This document shows, piece by piece, positions 28,989-39,295 of a DNA stretch of 64,000 nt. A program made the translations under genes and the position numbers. Every line of letters starts with the position of its first letter. The first letter of the stretch is position 1. The notes beneath the pieces were generated by a model. The model ran no database searches and was not told the DNA's origin. It saw nothing but the letters and a program-made list of their open reading frames with translations. The stretch comes from Myxococcota bacterium (GTDB lineage: Bacteria > UBA10199 > JADFYH01): the NCBI GenBank assembly GCA_052034865.1, contig JBPOIC010000014.1, forward strand, positions 1-64,000. The letters run 5' to 3'.

Positions 28989-31900
28989 TTGAGAATTAAA
29001 ACCATTGAAATTCAAGGATTTAAGTCATTTGCCGACCGAACTCTCATCGATTTTCAATCCGGAATTACCGGCATTGTCGGGCCGAATGGTTGTGGAAAAT
29101 CAAACGTGGTCGATGCCCTCCGCTGGGTGATGGGAGAAATGAGTGCCAAACACCTTCGCGGAAGGGAAATGCAGGATATCATCTTTTCTGGAACCGAAAA
29201 GCGCGCACCGGCCGGGATGGCAGAAGTAACCCTAACCTTAACCACCGAAGATGGGCGTGTCCCTCAGGCCTACGTGGGTTTTTCAGAAATCTCGATCACT
29301 CGTCGTCTTTTCAGATCCGGAGAAAGTGAATATGCAATCAACAAGATCCCGTCACGCCTGCGCGATATTTACGATCTGTTTTTAGGGACAGGGGTTGGAA
29401 CGAAAGCTTACTCGATTGTCGAGCAGGGTCAGGTGGGTCTGATCATTTCGGCCAAACCTGAAGATCGCCGTCGTCTTATCGAAGAAGCCGCAGGAATTTC
29501 CAAGTTTAAGGCCCGAAAGGAAGCGGCCCTGCGTAAGATGGAGGCGGCTCAGCTGAATTACACTCGTATTCAGGATATTCTTACTGAGCTTTCCAAGCAG
29601 ATTGCCTCTCTTGATCGTCAGGCTAAAAAGGCTGAAAAATACCGTGTGTTACGCGATGAATTGCGCGTGCTGGAGCTCCATCTTTCTTCTCTGCAGTTTC
29701 TCGATCTCAGTCAGGCACGCGATCTCGGCGAAAAGCGCCTGGCTGAACTTTCTGAAAAAGATGCTACCTTTTCCATCCAGCTTGCCCAGTTGGAAGCCGA
29801 TATCGAACAATTCCGTCTTTTGATTACAGGTGAAGAACAGGAGCTTTCGGCGCTGCAGGAAAGTCTCTACGAAAAAAATAATCTCATCAACCTTCATGAG
29901 CAGGGGGTTCAGTTCAAACAACGTGAAGTGAAAAACCTGGCAGAACGTGAAGCGGGCTTTTCGCGAGAAATCGAAGAGCTTCAGGTTAAAAATCAGCAGA
30001 TTCATCTTGAGCTCGATGCCATCAATGGAGAGCATCTTCAGTGTGATCTTCAGGTAGCGCAGGCAGAAGAGCAACTGGGAACGCTTGAAAAACAGGTGTT
30101 GGACAAAGAAGAAACTCAGAATCTTTTACAAAAAAACCTGGATCGCCTTCAGAAAGAAGTGATGCAAACGGTTCAGTCATTATCGTCCTCCACTTCCCGC
30201 AAAGAGTGGATGGAACGGCGAAAGATCGAGATTCAGAGTCGGATTGAACGCAATCAACTGGAGATGGAAAGTATTGAAGGAGAGATTCAAAAGCTTGAAT
30301 CCCGTCAGAGACAGGCGGAATCTTCGTTAAGTGGACTCAATCAGTTTAAACTCGATTTATCGACCCAATCCAGCTCGCTTCAGGGCTCTCTCGAGCGTGA
30401 AAAAGTAGAAGGACAGATTTTAAAAACCGAAAACAATCGACTGAAAGAAGAGTTAAGTCGCAAAACTTCCCGCCTGCACTCTCTTGAGGAAATTCAGAAA
30501 AACTTTGAAGGTTATCAGGAAGGGGTTCGAAAAATCCTCCTGGAGCGCGCTTCCAACGAAAAGCTGCAGGAGGTGTTGGGAACCGTTGCGGATCTTTTTG
30601 AAGCTGAACCGCGCTATCAACTTTCGGTGGCAGCGTGCCTGGGAGAAAAGCTTCAGTTTGTGGTGGTGAAAAGCCAGGAAGCCGGCTTGCATGCGATTGA
30701 GTATTTAAAAGCAGCGGCCGTTGGGCGTTCGACATTTATTCCTACTCAACTGCGTCTCAAAGATCCAAAAGCCAAATTTTTTGATGTCTCAGAAAGCGGT
30801 GTTTTAGGCCCCTTAAAAAACTTTATTCAGGTGCGCGAAGAATATCAAAGCCTGGGAGAGTATCTCTTTCAGGATGTGTGGCTTGTGGAAAATCTGAAGA
30901 TTGCTTTAGATCTCTGGAATCGTTCGGAGGTACCTGTCACCCTGGTGACTCTCGAAGGGGAAGTGATCGATCCACAAGGTCTTCTTTCGGGGGGTGGGGT
31001 TTCTTCTCAGGATTTTGCCATCCTTGAGAAAAAACATGAGATGCGCGAACTTTCGGATCAGATCGCTCTTTTGAAATCTCAGCTGGCAATCAAGGAAGAA
31101 GCGCTCTCAAAAAACGAAGAACGATTGATGAGTCTGATGCACTCTCTGGAACATCTTAAAAAGGATTCGCATCAGGAAGAGCTAAAAATCGTTACTCTTG
31201 AAAAAGATCTTTCTCACCTTCAGACCGAAATGAAACGCTGGATTCAGCGACGCGAAGAGCTTTTGCGCGAACGCACCCAGTTTTTGGCTGAAGATCAAAA
31301 CCTTGCGGAAGATTTTGTTTTACTCAGCGAAGAAATTGCCCGCTTCGAGCAGGAAAAGATCGAGAAAGAAGAAACCCTTCTTGAAACTCGTGAAAGTGCA
31401 GCAGGAGCACAGGAAAATCTTGGTGGGCTGAAAGAAGAACTCACACGCCTGCGAATGAGTACAAGTGGAATTCGTGATCGAAAGGCCCAGGTGGATAAAG
31501 ACTGGAAGCGTCTTTTGGATCTTCAGGTTTCATATACCTCTCGAATGGAAGAAGCGAAAAAACAGCTGGCTCATGGAATCCACCAGACAGAAATCCTGAA
31601 TGAAGAAATCAATCGCTCTCAGGAAACACTGACCCTTCTGATTTCAGAAGTGCGCGATCTTCAGGACAAACAGGTTGTCCTGAAAGAAGGGTATGAAGGA
31701 CACAATTTTCAAATCAAAGAGCGCGAGTTAAGCCTGCGTGAGATCCGTCGCCAGGCGCAGGAGATTCAAGCCGAGCTTGGAAATTCTAGAATTCAAATGG
31801 CAGAAGTTCGCTCGAAGCTTCAGTATTTAAATGAGCAGATTTTTGAGCGCTACCACACCGATATTGCTCTGGTCGCACCCGAATATCAGGACAAGCCTTT

Positions 31901-32573
31901 GGAAAATCGTGCCGAAAAAGAAGAAGATCTGAGACAGTTAAAAGACAGGTACGCAAAGATGGGCGAGGTCAATCTGGGGGCGATTGCCGAATATGAAGAA
32001 TTAAAAACCCGACACGATTTTTTAACCACCCAGTCCGATGATTTAAAAACTTCACTCGATGCCCTCGCGCGAACCATTCATAAAATCAATCGTTCCACGC
32101 GCAAGCGTTTCCAGGAAACCTTTGAGGCGATCAACCATCGCTTTGAAGATCTCTTCCCCAAAATCTTCCAGGGCGGCAAGGCCAAACTGTTGCTCACCGA
32201 TGAGGAAAATCTTTTGGAGACCGGCGTGGAAATCGTTGCCCAGCCTCCTGGAAAAAAACTTCAATCCATCAGCCTGTTGTCTGGAGGAGAAAAAGCCCTC
32301 ACGGCGATCAGTCTGATCTTTGCCATCTTCCTCTTCAAACCCTCTCCATTCTGCGTGCTGGACGAAGTTGATGCTCCGCTCGATGACGCGAATGTAGATC
32401 GCTACAACAACATTGTCCGCCAAATGACCGATCGTTCTCAGTTCATCCTCATCACACACAACAAGCGCACAATGGAAATGGCCGATATCCTTTATGGGGT
32501 GACGATGGAAGAAGCAGGCGTCTCGCGAACCGTCAGTGTGCGGTTAAATGAAGATCAGCAGGAAGTGGCGTGA
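28989..32573 (+). CDS. smc: Chromosome segregation protein SMC
   Basis: 1194 aa. TTG start with AAGGAAGG RBS. N-terminal Walker A GPNGCGKSN, long coiled coils, hinge, and C-terminal LSGGEKAL signature plus Walker B. Confidence 0.9.
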   Translation: MRIKTIEIQGFKSFADRTLIDFQSGITGIVGPNGCGKSNVVDALRWVMGEMSAKHLRGREMQDIIFSGTEKRAPAGMAEVTLTLTTEDGRVPQAYVGFSEISITRRLFRSGESEYAINKIPSRLRDIYDLFLGTGVGTKAYSIVEQGQVGLIISAKPEDRRRLIEEAAGISKFKARKEAALRKMEAAQLNYTRIQDILTELSKQIASLDRQAKKAEKYRVLRDELRVLELHLSSLQFLDLSQARDLGEKRLAELSEKDATFSIQLAQLEADIEQFRLLITGEEQELSALQESLYEKNNLINLHEQGVQFKQREVKNLAEREAGFSREIEELQVKNQQIHLELDAINGEHLQCDLQVAQAEEQLGTLEKQVLDKEETQNLLQKNLDRLQKEVMQTVQSLSSSTSRKEWMERRKIEIQSRIERNQLEMESIEGEIQKLESRQRQAESSLSGLNQFKLDLSTQSSSLQGSLEREKVEGQILKTENNRLKEELSRKTSRLHSLEEIQKNFEGYQEGVRKILLERASNEKLQEVLGTVADLFEAEPRYQLSVAACLGEKLQFVVVKSQEAGLHAIEYLKAAAVGRSTFIPTQLRLKDPKAKFFDVSESGVLGPLKNFIQVREEYQSLGEYLFQDVWLVENLKIALDLWNRSEVPVTLVTLEGEVIDPQGLLSGGGVSSQDFAILEKKHEMRELSDQIALLKSQLAIKEEALSKNEERLMSLMHSLEHLKKDSHQEELKIVTLEKDLSHLQTEMKRWIQRREELLRERTQFLAEDQNLAEDFVLLSEEIARFEQEKIEKEETLLETRESAAGAQENLGGLKEELTRLRMSTSGIRDRKAQVDKDWKRLLDLQVSYTSRMEEAKKQLAHGIHQTEILNEEINRSQETLTLLISEVRDLQDKQVVLKEGYEGHNFQIKERELSLREIRRQAQEIQAELGNSRIQMAEVRSKLQYLNEQIFERYHTDIALVAPEYQDKPLENRAEKEEDLRQLKDRYAKMGEVNLGAIAEYEELKTRHDFLTTQSDDLKTSLDALARTIHKINRSTRKRFQETFEAINHRFEDLFPKIFQGGKAKLLLTDEENLLETGVEIVAQPPGKKLQSISLLSGGEKALTAISLIFAIFLFKPSPFCVLDEVDAPLDDANVDRYNNIVRQMTDRSQFILITHNKRTMEMADILYGVTMEEAGVSRTVSVRLNEDQQEVA

Positions 32574-32618
32574 AGGTAGAAGGATAGAAGTCAGGATTCA
32601 GGAGACGGAAGTCTAATT

Positions 32619-32639
32619 CCCCTCCTTTGTAAGGAGGGG
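32619..32639. repeat. Palindromic repeat unit CCCCTCCTT-TGT-AAGGAGGGG (copy 1)
   Basis: 9-bp perfect stem with a 3-nt loop. It lies in the hairpin-dense intergenic region downstream of smc. Confidence 0.6.
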
Positions 32640-32689
32640 CTCGGGGAGGTAGAAATAAAACTCCACTGAAATCTCTCTACCCTCCCTAA

Positions 32690-32710
32690 CCCTCCCTTAC
32701 AAAGGGTGGG
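32690..32710. repeat. Palindromic repeat unit CCCTCCCTT-ACA-AAGGGTGGG (copy 2, opposite orientation, one mismatch)
   Basis: Same element as copy 1, reverse-complemented (loop ACA versus TGT). Confidence 0.55.
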
Positions 32711-32923
32711 AATCAACAACCTCCCGCCCTTAATGGGCGTGTGTTTGGTGGCGGATGATAATTGTTTTTCCCTCTCACTTCCTGCCTAAAGGCAGGAGCC
32801 TCACCGTTCATCCTGAGTCGTTCGCCCTGAGCTCCGTCGAAGGGGCGAGGGACGGGGACTTCGTCCCCAATGCGAGGGGGAGAAAAGAATCCAGAAGTCA
32901 GAGCAACACCTTCTCCTTACCCC

Positions 32924-33835
32924 TTACCACGCCTTTTCAAAATGGGTCAGCTCGCAGAATTCCCTGTAGCGGGCATCGATTTCAGGAGGCGTCAGTCTGC
33001 GCAGGCGATCCATGCTGAACTCCTCCACATTAAAGCTCGCCATGACGCTTCCGTAAATGGAGGCCTTCTTTAAAATCTCAAAATCAAAACTGTTCGACTT
33101 TGCAAGATAGCCTAAAAATCCTCCGGCAAAACTATCTCCTGCGCCGGTCGGATCCTTCACGTCTTCCAGTGGTAAGGCAGGAGCGGCAAAAATCTGATCT
33201 TCATGGAAAAGCAGGGCGCCGTATTCTCCACGTTTGATTACGACTGTTTTGGGTCCCCAGCCTTTAATTTTTTTGGCTGCCTTGGCCAGGTTGGGCTCTT
33301 GTGCCAGCTCCCGCGCCTCTCCTTCATTGATTAAGAGCATGTGAACCCTACCGATTGTTTTGATTAAGGCATCGCGTTTTCCTTCGATCCAGAAATTCAT
33401 CGTATCCATCGCGATCAGCTTGGGAGTAGGGCACTGGTCGATCACCCGCGATTGAAGATCCGGATCAATATTGGCCAAAAAAAGAATTTCTTTTTTGCGG
33501 TATTCAGAAGGAAGTTCCGGAAGAAAATGCTCGAAGACGTTGAGTTGAGTTTCTAGGGTTTCGGCGCTGTTCAAATCGTAGGAATATCGACCTTTCCAGC
33601 GAAAGGTTTTACCTTTCACTTTCTGAAGACCGGAGAGATCGACTTTTCTGGATCTTAGAAATTGTAGATGGGCTTCTGGAAAATCTTCGCCGACCACCGC
33701 CACCAGGGAGAGGGGAGTGAAAAAACTCGCCGAAGCGGAAAAGTGAGTGGCAGAACCGCCCAAACCTTCTTCAATTTTTCCAAACGGGGTTTCCACCGTA
33801 TCGAGTGCGACCGAACCTACGACAAGAATATCCAT
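32924..33835 (-). CDS. PfkB-family carbohydrate/nucleoside kinase
   Basis: N-terminal GG motif (VGSVALDTV...GGSATH) and C-terminal GAGDSFAGGFL anion hole motif. Confidence 0.8.
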   Translation of the reverse strand: MDILVVGSVALDTVETPFGKIEEGLGGSATHFSASASFFTPLSLVAVVGEDFPEAHLQFLRSRKVDLSGLQKVKGKTFRWKGRYSYDLNSAETLETQLNVFEHFLPELPSEYRKKEILFLANIDPDLQSRVIDQCPTPKLIAMDTMNFWIEGKRDALIKTIGRVHMLLINEGEARELAQEPNLAKAAKKIKGWGPKTVVIKRGEYGALLFHEDQIFAAPALPLEDVKDPTGAGDSFAGGFLGYLAKSNSFDFEILKKASIYGSVMASFNVEEFSMDRLRRLTPPEIDARYREFCELTHFEKAW

Positions 33836-33923
33836 ATTTTTCTCCTGAGTTTGAGGTGAGAGAGCCTGCCTATCGAATCCCTAAAAAAAATCAAGGATGA
33901 ATTTGGGAAAAATCTCGGCAAAT

Positions 33924-34397
33924 TTAGGTGGGATAAGACCTGGCGGCGGTCAGGATCAGAACGATCAATCCAGATAAAAGGACGATGGAGTTGAGGATTA
34001 CACTGATTTTGTGCAGACGGTTAAACTCAAGCTGCTTTAAGTCTTTTTCGGGACTGTCTTCCATCGTGCGTAAAACCGTTCGGAGGACATGGGTTTTAGG
34101 CTGAAGATTCAGTCCACCATACAACGTGGCGCCGATCATCACACTGAGCAAGGCCATTCGGATCCAAGGAAAAGATTTGCTCAAAATCGAAGTGAGGAGG
34201 AGTGAGAACAGGGCAAGCGCCAAGGTGCAATAACCGAGTAAATAATAACGTGGAAAAATTTTGCTGATCACTTCTCCCGCCATGGGGCGCGGTAATTCCT
34301 TAAAAAGGGTAGGGGCTGTAAAAAACGAGAAAAAAAACATGCTGCCGATCCAAAGAGACATGCTAAGGGAAAAAAGAATTCGGGTGAGAGCAAGCAT
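33924..34397 (-). CDS. DUF4149 family membrane protein (4 TM)
   Basis: Hydrophobic profile and the WIGSMFFFSFFTAPTLFK / IFPRYY motifs typical of DUF4149. Confidence 0.6.
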   Translation of the reverse strand: MLALTRILFSLSMSLWIGSMFFFSFFTAPTLFKELPRPMAGEVISKIFPRYYLLGYCTLALALFSLLLTSILSKSFPWIRMALLSVMIGATLYGGLNLQPKTHVLRTVLRTMEDSPEKDLKQLEFNRLHKISVILNSIVLLSGLIVLILTAARSYPT

Positions 34398-34510
34398 TTT
34401 AGACTCCGTTCAGTATTTTGAGAATCAAGGTTTGGTTTGCGATCGAAAGAAAGGGTTCGTGGGTGCTTTATAGAAATGTCGATTAGTTTTTGAATTTCTA
34501 CATTCCCAAG

Positions 34511-34528
34511 CCCCTCCTTACAAAGGAG
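34511..34528. repeat. Palindromic repeat unit CCCCTCCTT-ACA-AAGGAG (copy 3, shortened stem)
   Basis: Third copy of the same hairpin family, in the DUF4149/SDR intergenic region. Confidence 0.5.
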
Positions 34529-34618
34529 AAGAGTGTTATCTTCAGAGTTCTGTCTTTATGAGACGATAATTTTTCATTCCATTTCCTTTAAATACACCAA
34601 CTCATTCAAGGAGAATTT

Positions 34619-35437
34619 ATGATTTTTAGAGAAAATCTTTTGCAGGATCAGGTTGCAATCGTCACGGGTGGGGGTAGTGGGATTGGTCGTGAAATTGCGC
34701 TGACGTTTGCGAAGCTTGGGGCGCAGGTCATGCTGGTGGGTCGCACGCCCGAGAAACTGAAATCCGTAGCTGATGAAATTCAAGCGCACAAAGGCCGCGC
34801 GGTCTGTCTTCCTACCGATGTGCGAGATCCAGAGCAGGTGGACAAAATGGTTCAGCAAATCGTTGAACGTTACGGAAAAGTTGACATCCTCGTAAACAAT
34901 GCAGCCGGAAATTTTCTGGCCCGTGCTGAAGATCTTTCGGTGAATGGTTGGAAGTCCGTCACGGGGATTGTGCTCGATGGAACTTTCTATTGTTCTCAAG
35001 CGGCGGGCAAACAAATGATTCGGCAAAAATCCGGGAACATCGTCAATATCGTTGCGACCTATGCCTGGACGGGAAATCCTTTCACTGTCCACTCGGCTTG
35101 CGCAAAAGCAGGGGTGGTGGCGATGACTCAAACGCTGGCTGGTGAGTGGGGGAAACATTGCATTCGAGTCAATGCAATCGCCCCGGGTCCCATTCAAACT
35201 GAAGGGGCTTCCAAACGTTTGTGGGCCGGGTTTGAAAAACAGCTTGCGGAAAAAATTCCCTTACAGCGTTTTGGGACGACGCAGGAGATAGCGCAGGCGG
35301 TGGTCTACCTCGTGAGTGAAGCGGCAGCGTACATCACGGGTGAAGTGCTTGTGGTCGATGGAGGAGATTGGCTTGGTCAGTCAGATTTTCCGGAGGATTT
35401 GATCGATCAGTTGCGGGAGGCGACCAAGAAGAAATAA
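34619..35437 (+). CDS. SDR family oxidoreductase
   Basis: TGGGSGIG Rossmann motif, NNAAG and a catalytic YxxxK-like region; 272 aa. Confidence 0.85.
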   Translation: MIFRENLLQDQVAIVTGGGSGIGREIALTFAKLGAQVMLVGRTPEKLKSVADEIQAHKGRAVCLPTDVRDPEQVDKMVQQIVERYGKVDILVNNAAGNFLARAEDLSVNGWKSVTGIVLDGTFYCSQAAGKQMIRQKSGNIVNIVATYAWTGNPFTVHSACAKAGVVAMTQTLAGEWGKHCIRVNAIAPGPIQTEGASKRLWAGFEKQLAEKIPLQRFGTTQEIAQAVVYLVSEAAAYITGEVLVVDGGDWLGQSDFPEDLIDQLREATKKK

Positions 35438-35552
35438 TATTATTTTTATTTCTTGTTCTATCTTCGATGTGAGGACATCTCTTAAGAAGATGTCTGGATA
35501 GAGAGGATACCATAAAATCGGTTCAATAAATTTTTAAAACAGGAGTGTGTTC

Positions 35553-36206
35553 ATGAAAAAAATCGGCGTACTCCTCGCAGGTTGCGGGGTAAAAGATGGG
35601 AGTGAGATTCATGAAGCGGTAGCGACCTTGCTCGCGATTGATCGGCAAGGGGCTCAAGCGGTTTGTATTGCCCCCAATTCGGAGCTCGATGAAGTCGATC
35701 ATCTTCAGGGAGAGTCCACAGGAAAAAAACGCAATGTCCTGGTAGAGTCGGCAAGGATTGCGCGAGGTAACATTCGCGATCTGGCTTCCGTCCAGGCTTC
35801 AGATATCGATGCCTTGATTATTCCCGGAGGCTACGGCTCTTCAAAAAACCTGTCGGATTTTGCCTTTAAAGGCGGAAAAGCCCAGGCTCAGGTGGGTGTT
35901 GCTCGGCTCATCCATGAAATGGTGGAGGCCAAAAAACCGATCGGTGCGATTTGCATCTCGCCCGGAACCCTTGCGGCTGTGGTGGGAAATACCCTTCATC
36001 CGACCCTTACCATCGGAACGGATGCATCTACCGCTCAGGCGATTGAGCAGTTGGGAGCCCGGCACCAGGAATGCTCCGTCAAAGAATTTGTCGTGGATGA
36101 GAAAAACAAAATCGTCTCAACGCCGGCGTATATGTTGGCGACACGTATTTCCGAAGTGTTTGAGGGGATTGAGAAGGTCGTGAGGGAAGTGATTCGACTG
36201 GTTTGA
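35553..36206 (+). CDS. ElbB/DJ-1/PfpI-family protein (isoprenoid biosynthesis protein ElbB-like glyoxalase)
   Basis: MKKIGVLLAGCGVKDGSEIHE N-terminus and nucleophile elbow AICISPG. AGGAG RBS 7 nt upstream of ATG 35553. The GTG at 35547 offered by the ORF track is less likely. Confidence 0.75.
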   Translation: MKKIGVLLAGCGVKDGSEIHEAVATLLAIDRQGAQAVCIAPNSELDEVDHLQGESTGKKRNVLVESARIARGNIRDLASVQASDIDALIIPGGYGSSKNLSDFAFKGGKAQAQVGVARLIHEMVEAKKPIGAICISPGTLAAVVGNTLHPTLTIGTDASTAQAIEQLGARHQECSVKEFVVDEKNKIVSTPAYMLATRISEVFEGIEKVVREVIRLV

Positions 36207-36230
36207 GGAAGCCTCTAAATAAGCTCCAAT

Positions 36231-36270
36231 AAAAAAGGCGCCCGCTTTTAGCAGACGCCTTTTTATTTTT
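36231..36270. terminator. Bidirectional intrinsic terminator between convergent elbB-like and peroxiredoxin genes
   Basis: AAAAAAGGCGCCCGC-TTTTA-GCAGACGCC-TTTTTATTTTT: an A-run, an imperfect GC stem-loop and a T-run. Confidence 0.55.
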
Positions 36271-36323
36271 CTCGACTCTCCATCTCATCTTAAAAAAGAG
36301 AGATCAGGGTTTGGTTCAAGACC

Positions 36324-36911
36324 TTATCCATGTTTTGAGAAATAGGTCTTGGATTTTTCAACATCCGGCTTGATCGTGTCAGATCCTGGCTTCCAGTTGG
36401 CCGGACAAACCTCTCCATTCTTTTCGTAGAACTGAAGGGCGTCCACCATTCTTAATGCTTCGTCCACACTCCGACCCAACGGCAAGTCGTTAACGACCAT
36501 GTGGCGAAGAACGCCTTCGCGATCGATCAAAAATAAACCACGCAGTGCAATCCCGGCATCTTCCAAAAGTACTCCGTATTTTCGGCTGACTTCTTTGGTG
36601 ACGTCCGCAATGAGGGGATATTGAATTTCGCCGATTCCGCCTTCTTTGCGAGGGGTTTTTCTCCAGGCAAGGTGAGAAAATTTTGAATCGATGGATGCGC
36701 CCAAAACCTGAACGCCTCTTTTCTGAAATTCACCCGTGGCCTCCGAAAACGCGATGATTTCGGTTGGGCACACAAACGTAAAATCTAAGGGATAGAAAAA
36801 CAGAACGACGTATTTTCCTTTGTAATCGGAAAGAGAGACGTCTTTAAACTGGTTGTTTTCCATTACGGCGCCCGCCTTGAACTCGGGGGCTTTTTGACCC
36901 ACTTGAATCAT
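36324..36911 (-). CDS. Peroxiredoxin (typical 2-Cys, AhpC/Tsa family)
   Basis: FTFVCPTEI peroxidatic Cys motif and a resolving Cys near the C-terminus (EVCPANW). Start set at the Met preceded by an AGGAGG RBS. Confidence 0.85.
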   Translation of the reverse strand: MIQVGQKAPEFKAGAVMENNQFKDVSLSDYKGKYVVLFFYPLDFTFVCPTEIIAFSEATGEFQKRGVQVLGASIDSKFSHLAWRKTPRKEGGIGEIQYPLIADVTKEVSRKYGVLLEDAGIALRGLFLIDREGVLRHMVVNDLPLGRSVDEALRMVDALQFYEKNGEVCPANWKPGSDTIKPDVEKSKTYFSKHG

Positions 36912-37100
36912 AAAATTCCTCCTGTAAAAAAGTGTAAGAAGATTGAAAGTGACTTTTATAATCAGGCAAACCCTGTGCGTCAAGACAAGCGAGAGGCTGA
37001 ATTTTTAGCGTTTTTATCGCTATTGACCTTTGGAATCTCTCATGGAAACTAGATTCTTCGTGCTTTCAATCTGACTCATTAAAACCCAAGGAGAAGATGG

Positions 37101-38108
37101 ATGACCCACCGTCCGATTAAAATCGAAGACCTCTACCCCCAAGGTGCCTCCGAAGAGCAGGTTCGCGCTGTCTTCAACGCCTCTGAAAACGAGTTTTTTG
37201 AGACATATCTTCCTTTGGCCAATCAAATCCGTGAAAAGGCCTTCGGAAAGGAAATCAGCTTTTGCTCCATCGTCAATGCGAAGAGTGGGGCCTGCGTGGA
37301 AAGTTGCAGTTTTTGCTCTCAATCCGCTCAATACAAAAATACCGAGGCCCCGGTTTATCCCTTAATGAATGCGCAGAAAATTCTTGAGAAAGCGAAAGAG
37401 GCCGAAAGCCTGGGCGGGACAGAATTTTCGATTGTGACCAGTGGTCGTGGAATGACGAAGGCCAGAGAGCTCGATACCCTGGTGGAGGCCTTTCAAAAAA
37501 TTCGTGAGGAAACTTCTTTGGAGAGTTGTGCCTCTTTGGGCTTGATGAAGCGCGAAGATTTACAACGCTTAAAAAATGCAGGCATGCGCCACTATCATCA
37601 CAATATCGAAACTGCGCGATCTTTTTTCCCAAACATCGTCACCAGCCACACCTGGGAAGAAGAAGTTCAAACCGTCCTGCTAGCGAAACAGATGGGATTT
37701 GAAACCTGCTGTGGTGGAATCATGGGAATGGGAGAAGGCCGCGAGCAGCGCGTAGAATTTGTGATGCAGCTTAAAGAAATTGACCCTCACTCCATTCCAA
37801 TCAATTTTTTAAATCCTCGCCCCGGAACCCCTCTGGAAGGAAAAAATGATCTCACGCCCCTGGATTGCTTGAAGATTATTACGGCCCTGCGTTTGGCGAT
37901 GCCAACCAAAGATATTTTTGTCTGCGGAGGGCGCGAGGTAAATCTGAAAGAATATCAGGATCTGATGTTTGAAGCCGGCGCCTCGGGAACGATGCTTGGA
38001 AACTACCTGACCACACGCGGTCGAGATATCGAAGAAGATGTCGCGATGATTGAGCGTTTGGGATTTAAGGCCGTGCAGCCGCATCGGCGGGCGCAAAAAG
38101 TACTTTAA
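37101..38108 (+). CDS. bioB: Biotin synthase BioB
   Basis: Radical SAM CxxxCxxC (CVESCSFCSQS) plus downstream Cys residues that may ligate the 2Fe-2S cluster. AAGGAG RBS. Confidence 0.9.
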   Translation: MTHRPIKIEDLYPQGASEEQVRAVFNASENEFFETYLPLANQIREKAFGKEISFCSIVNAKSGACVESCSFCSQSAQYKNTEAPVYPLMNAQKILEKAKEAESLGGTEFSIVTSGRGMTKARELDTLVEAFQKIREETSLESCASLGLMKREDLQRLKNAGMRHYHHNIETARSFFPNIVTSHTWEEEVQTVLLAKQMGFETCCGGIMGMGEGREQRVEFVMQLKEIDPHSIPINFLNPRPGTPLEGKNDLTPLDCLKIITALRLAMPTKDIFVCGGREVNLKEYQDLMFEAGASGTMLGNYLTTRGRDIEEDVAMIERLGFKAVQPHRRAQKVL

Positions 38109-38116
38109 TTCCAATT

Positions 38117-39295
38117 ATGTCTATTCAAGAGGAATTAAAAACAATTCATAAAAACCACCTCTACCGCACCCTTCGTCCAATTGATTCCGCCCAGGATGCT
38201 CTCATCCAATCGAATGGAAAATCGCTCTTGAATTTTTCTTCGAATAACTATCTTGGTTTAGCCAATGATCCACGCTTGAAATCGGCTGCCATCGAGGCCA
38301 TTGAACTTTACGGTACGGGGAGTGGTGCCTCTCGCCTCATCACAGGCTCGATGAGCCTGCATCATCAGCTCGAAGAAAAACTCGCTCAATTTAAAGGGAC
38401 GACATCCGCTCTCGTTTTCAACTCCGGTTATCACGCCAATTTGAGTGTGATATCCGCCCTGATGCGCGAAGGGGACGTGATTTATTCCGATGAACTCAAT
38501 CACGCCTCCATCATCGATGGCTGTCGGCTTTCCAGAGCTCAGGTGAAAGTGTATCGCCATTCAGAACTAACTCATCTTGAAGAAATCTTGCGTGAAACTG
38601 CTCCAGCTCAGTCCGGCATTCGCCGTCTGATCGTCACCGATTCGATTTTCAGTATGGATGGAGATCGTGCTCCGCTCGCTGAGCTTGCGCGTCTTGCGGA
38701 ACACTACGATTGCTGGCTGATGGTCGATGAGGCCCATGCGACGGGTGTGATTGGTCCCTCCGGAAAAGGTTTGGTTGAAGAGGTTTGGCCGAATCAGCGT
38801 CCTGCCTATTTGCAAGAGCGCCTGATCCAGATGGGAACTTTAGGTAAGGCCCTGGGATCTTTTGGTGCCTATGTGGCGGGCTCTCAGGAGTTGGTTGAAT
38901 TTCTGATCAACAGGGCGCGTCCCTTCATTTACACGACGGCCTTGCCTCCTTCGGTGCTCGCCGCTTCCTTTAAAGCAATTGAGATTGTCGAGCAGGAGCC
39001 AGAAAGACGGGAACGTCTGTGGGAGAATGTGAGAGAGTTTTTGAAATCGTCCCGATATTTTCAAAAGAGTTTGGGGGAGAGTTGGGAGCTAAGTCCCATT
39101 CTTCCGCTGATCATCGGTGATTCACAAAAAACGCTTAAGCTCAGTCAGCACCTTTTTGAAAAGGGATTTTGGGTCGGAGCAATTCGGTATCCGACGGTTC
39201 CGCCAAAAACCGAGCGACTTCGAATCACATTGATGGCCACTCACACGAAAGATCAGATCCGACAACTTATGGAGAATTTGAATGAACTCCTCTGA
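38117..39295 (+). CDS. bioF: 8-amino-7-oxononanoate synthase BioF
   Basis: PLP fold-type I with the Lys motif region TLGKALG; 392 aa, directly downstream of bioB. Confidence 0.85.
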   Translation: MSIQEELKTIHKNHLYRTLRPIDSAQDALIQSNGKSLLNFSSNNYLGLANDPRLKSAAIEAIELYGTGSGASRLITGSMSLHHQLEEKLAQFKGTTSALVFNSGYHANLSVISALMREGDVIYSDELNHASIIDGCRLSRAQVKVYRHSELTHLEEILRETAPAQSGIRRLIVTDSIFSMDGDRAPLAELARLAEHYDCWLMVDEAHATGVIGPSGKGLVEEVWPNQRPAYLQERLIQMGTLGKALGSFGAYVAGSQELVEFLINRARPFIYTTALPPSVLAASFKAIEIVEQEPERRERLWENVREFLKSSRYFQKSLGESWELSPILPLIIGDSQKTLKLSQHLFEKGFWVGAIRYPTVPPKTERLRITLMATHTKDQIRQLMENLNELL

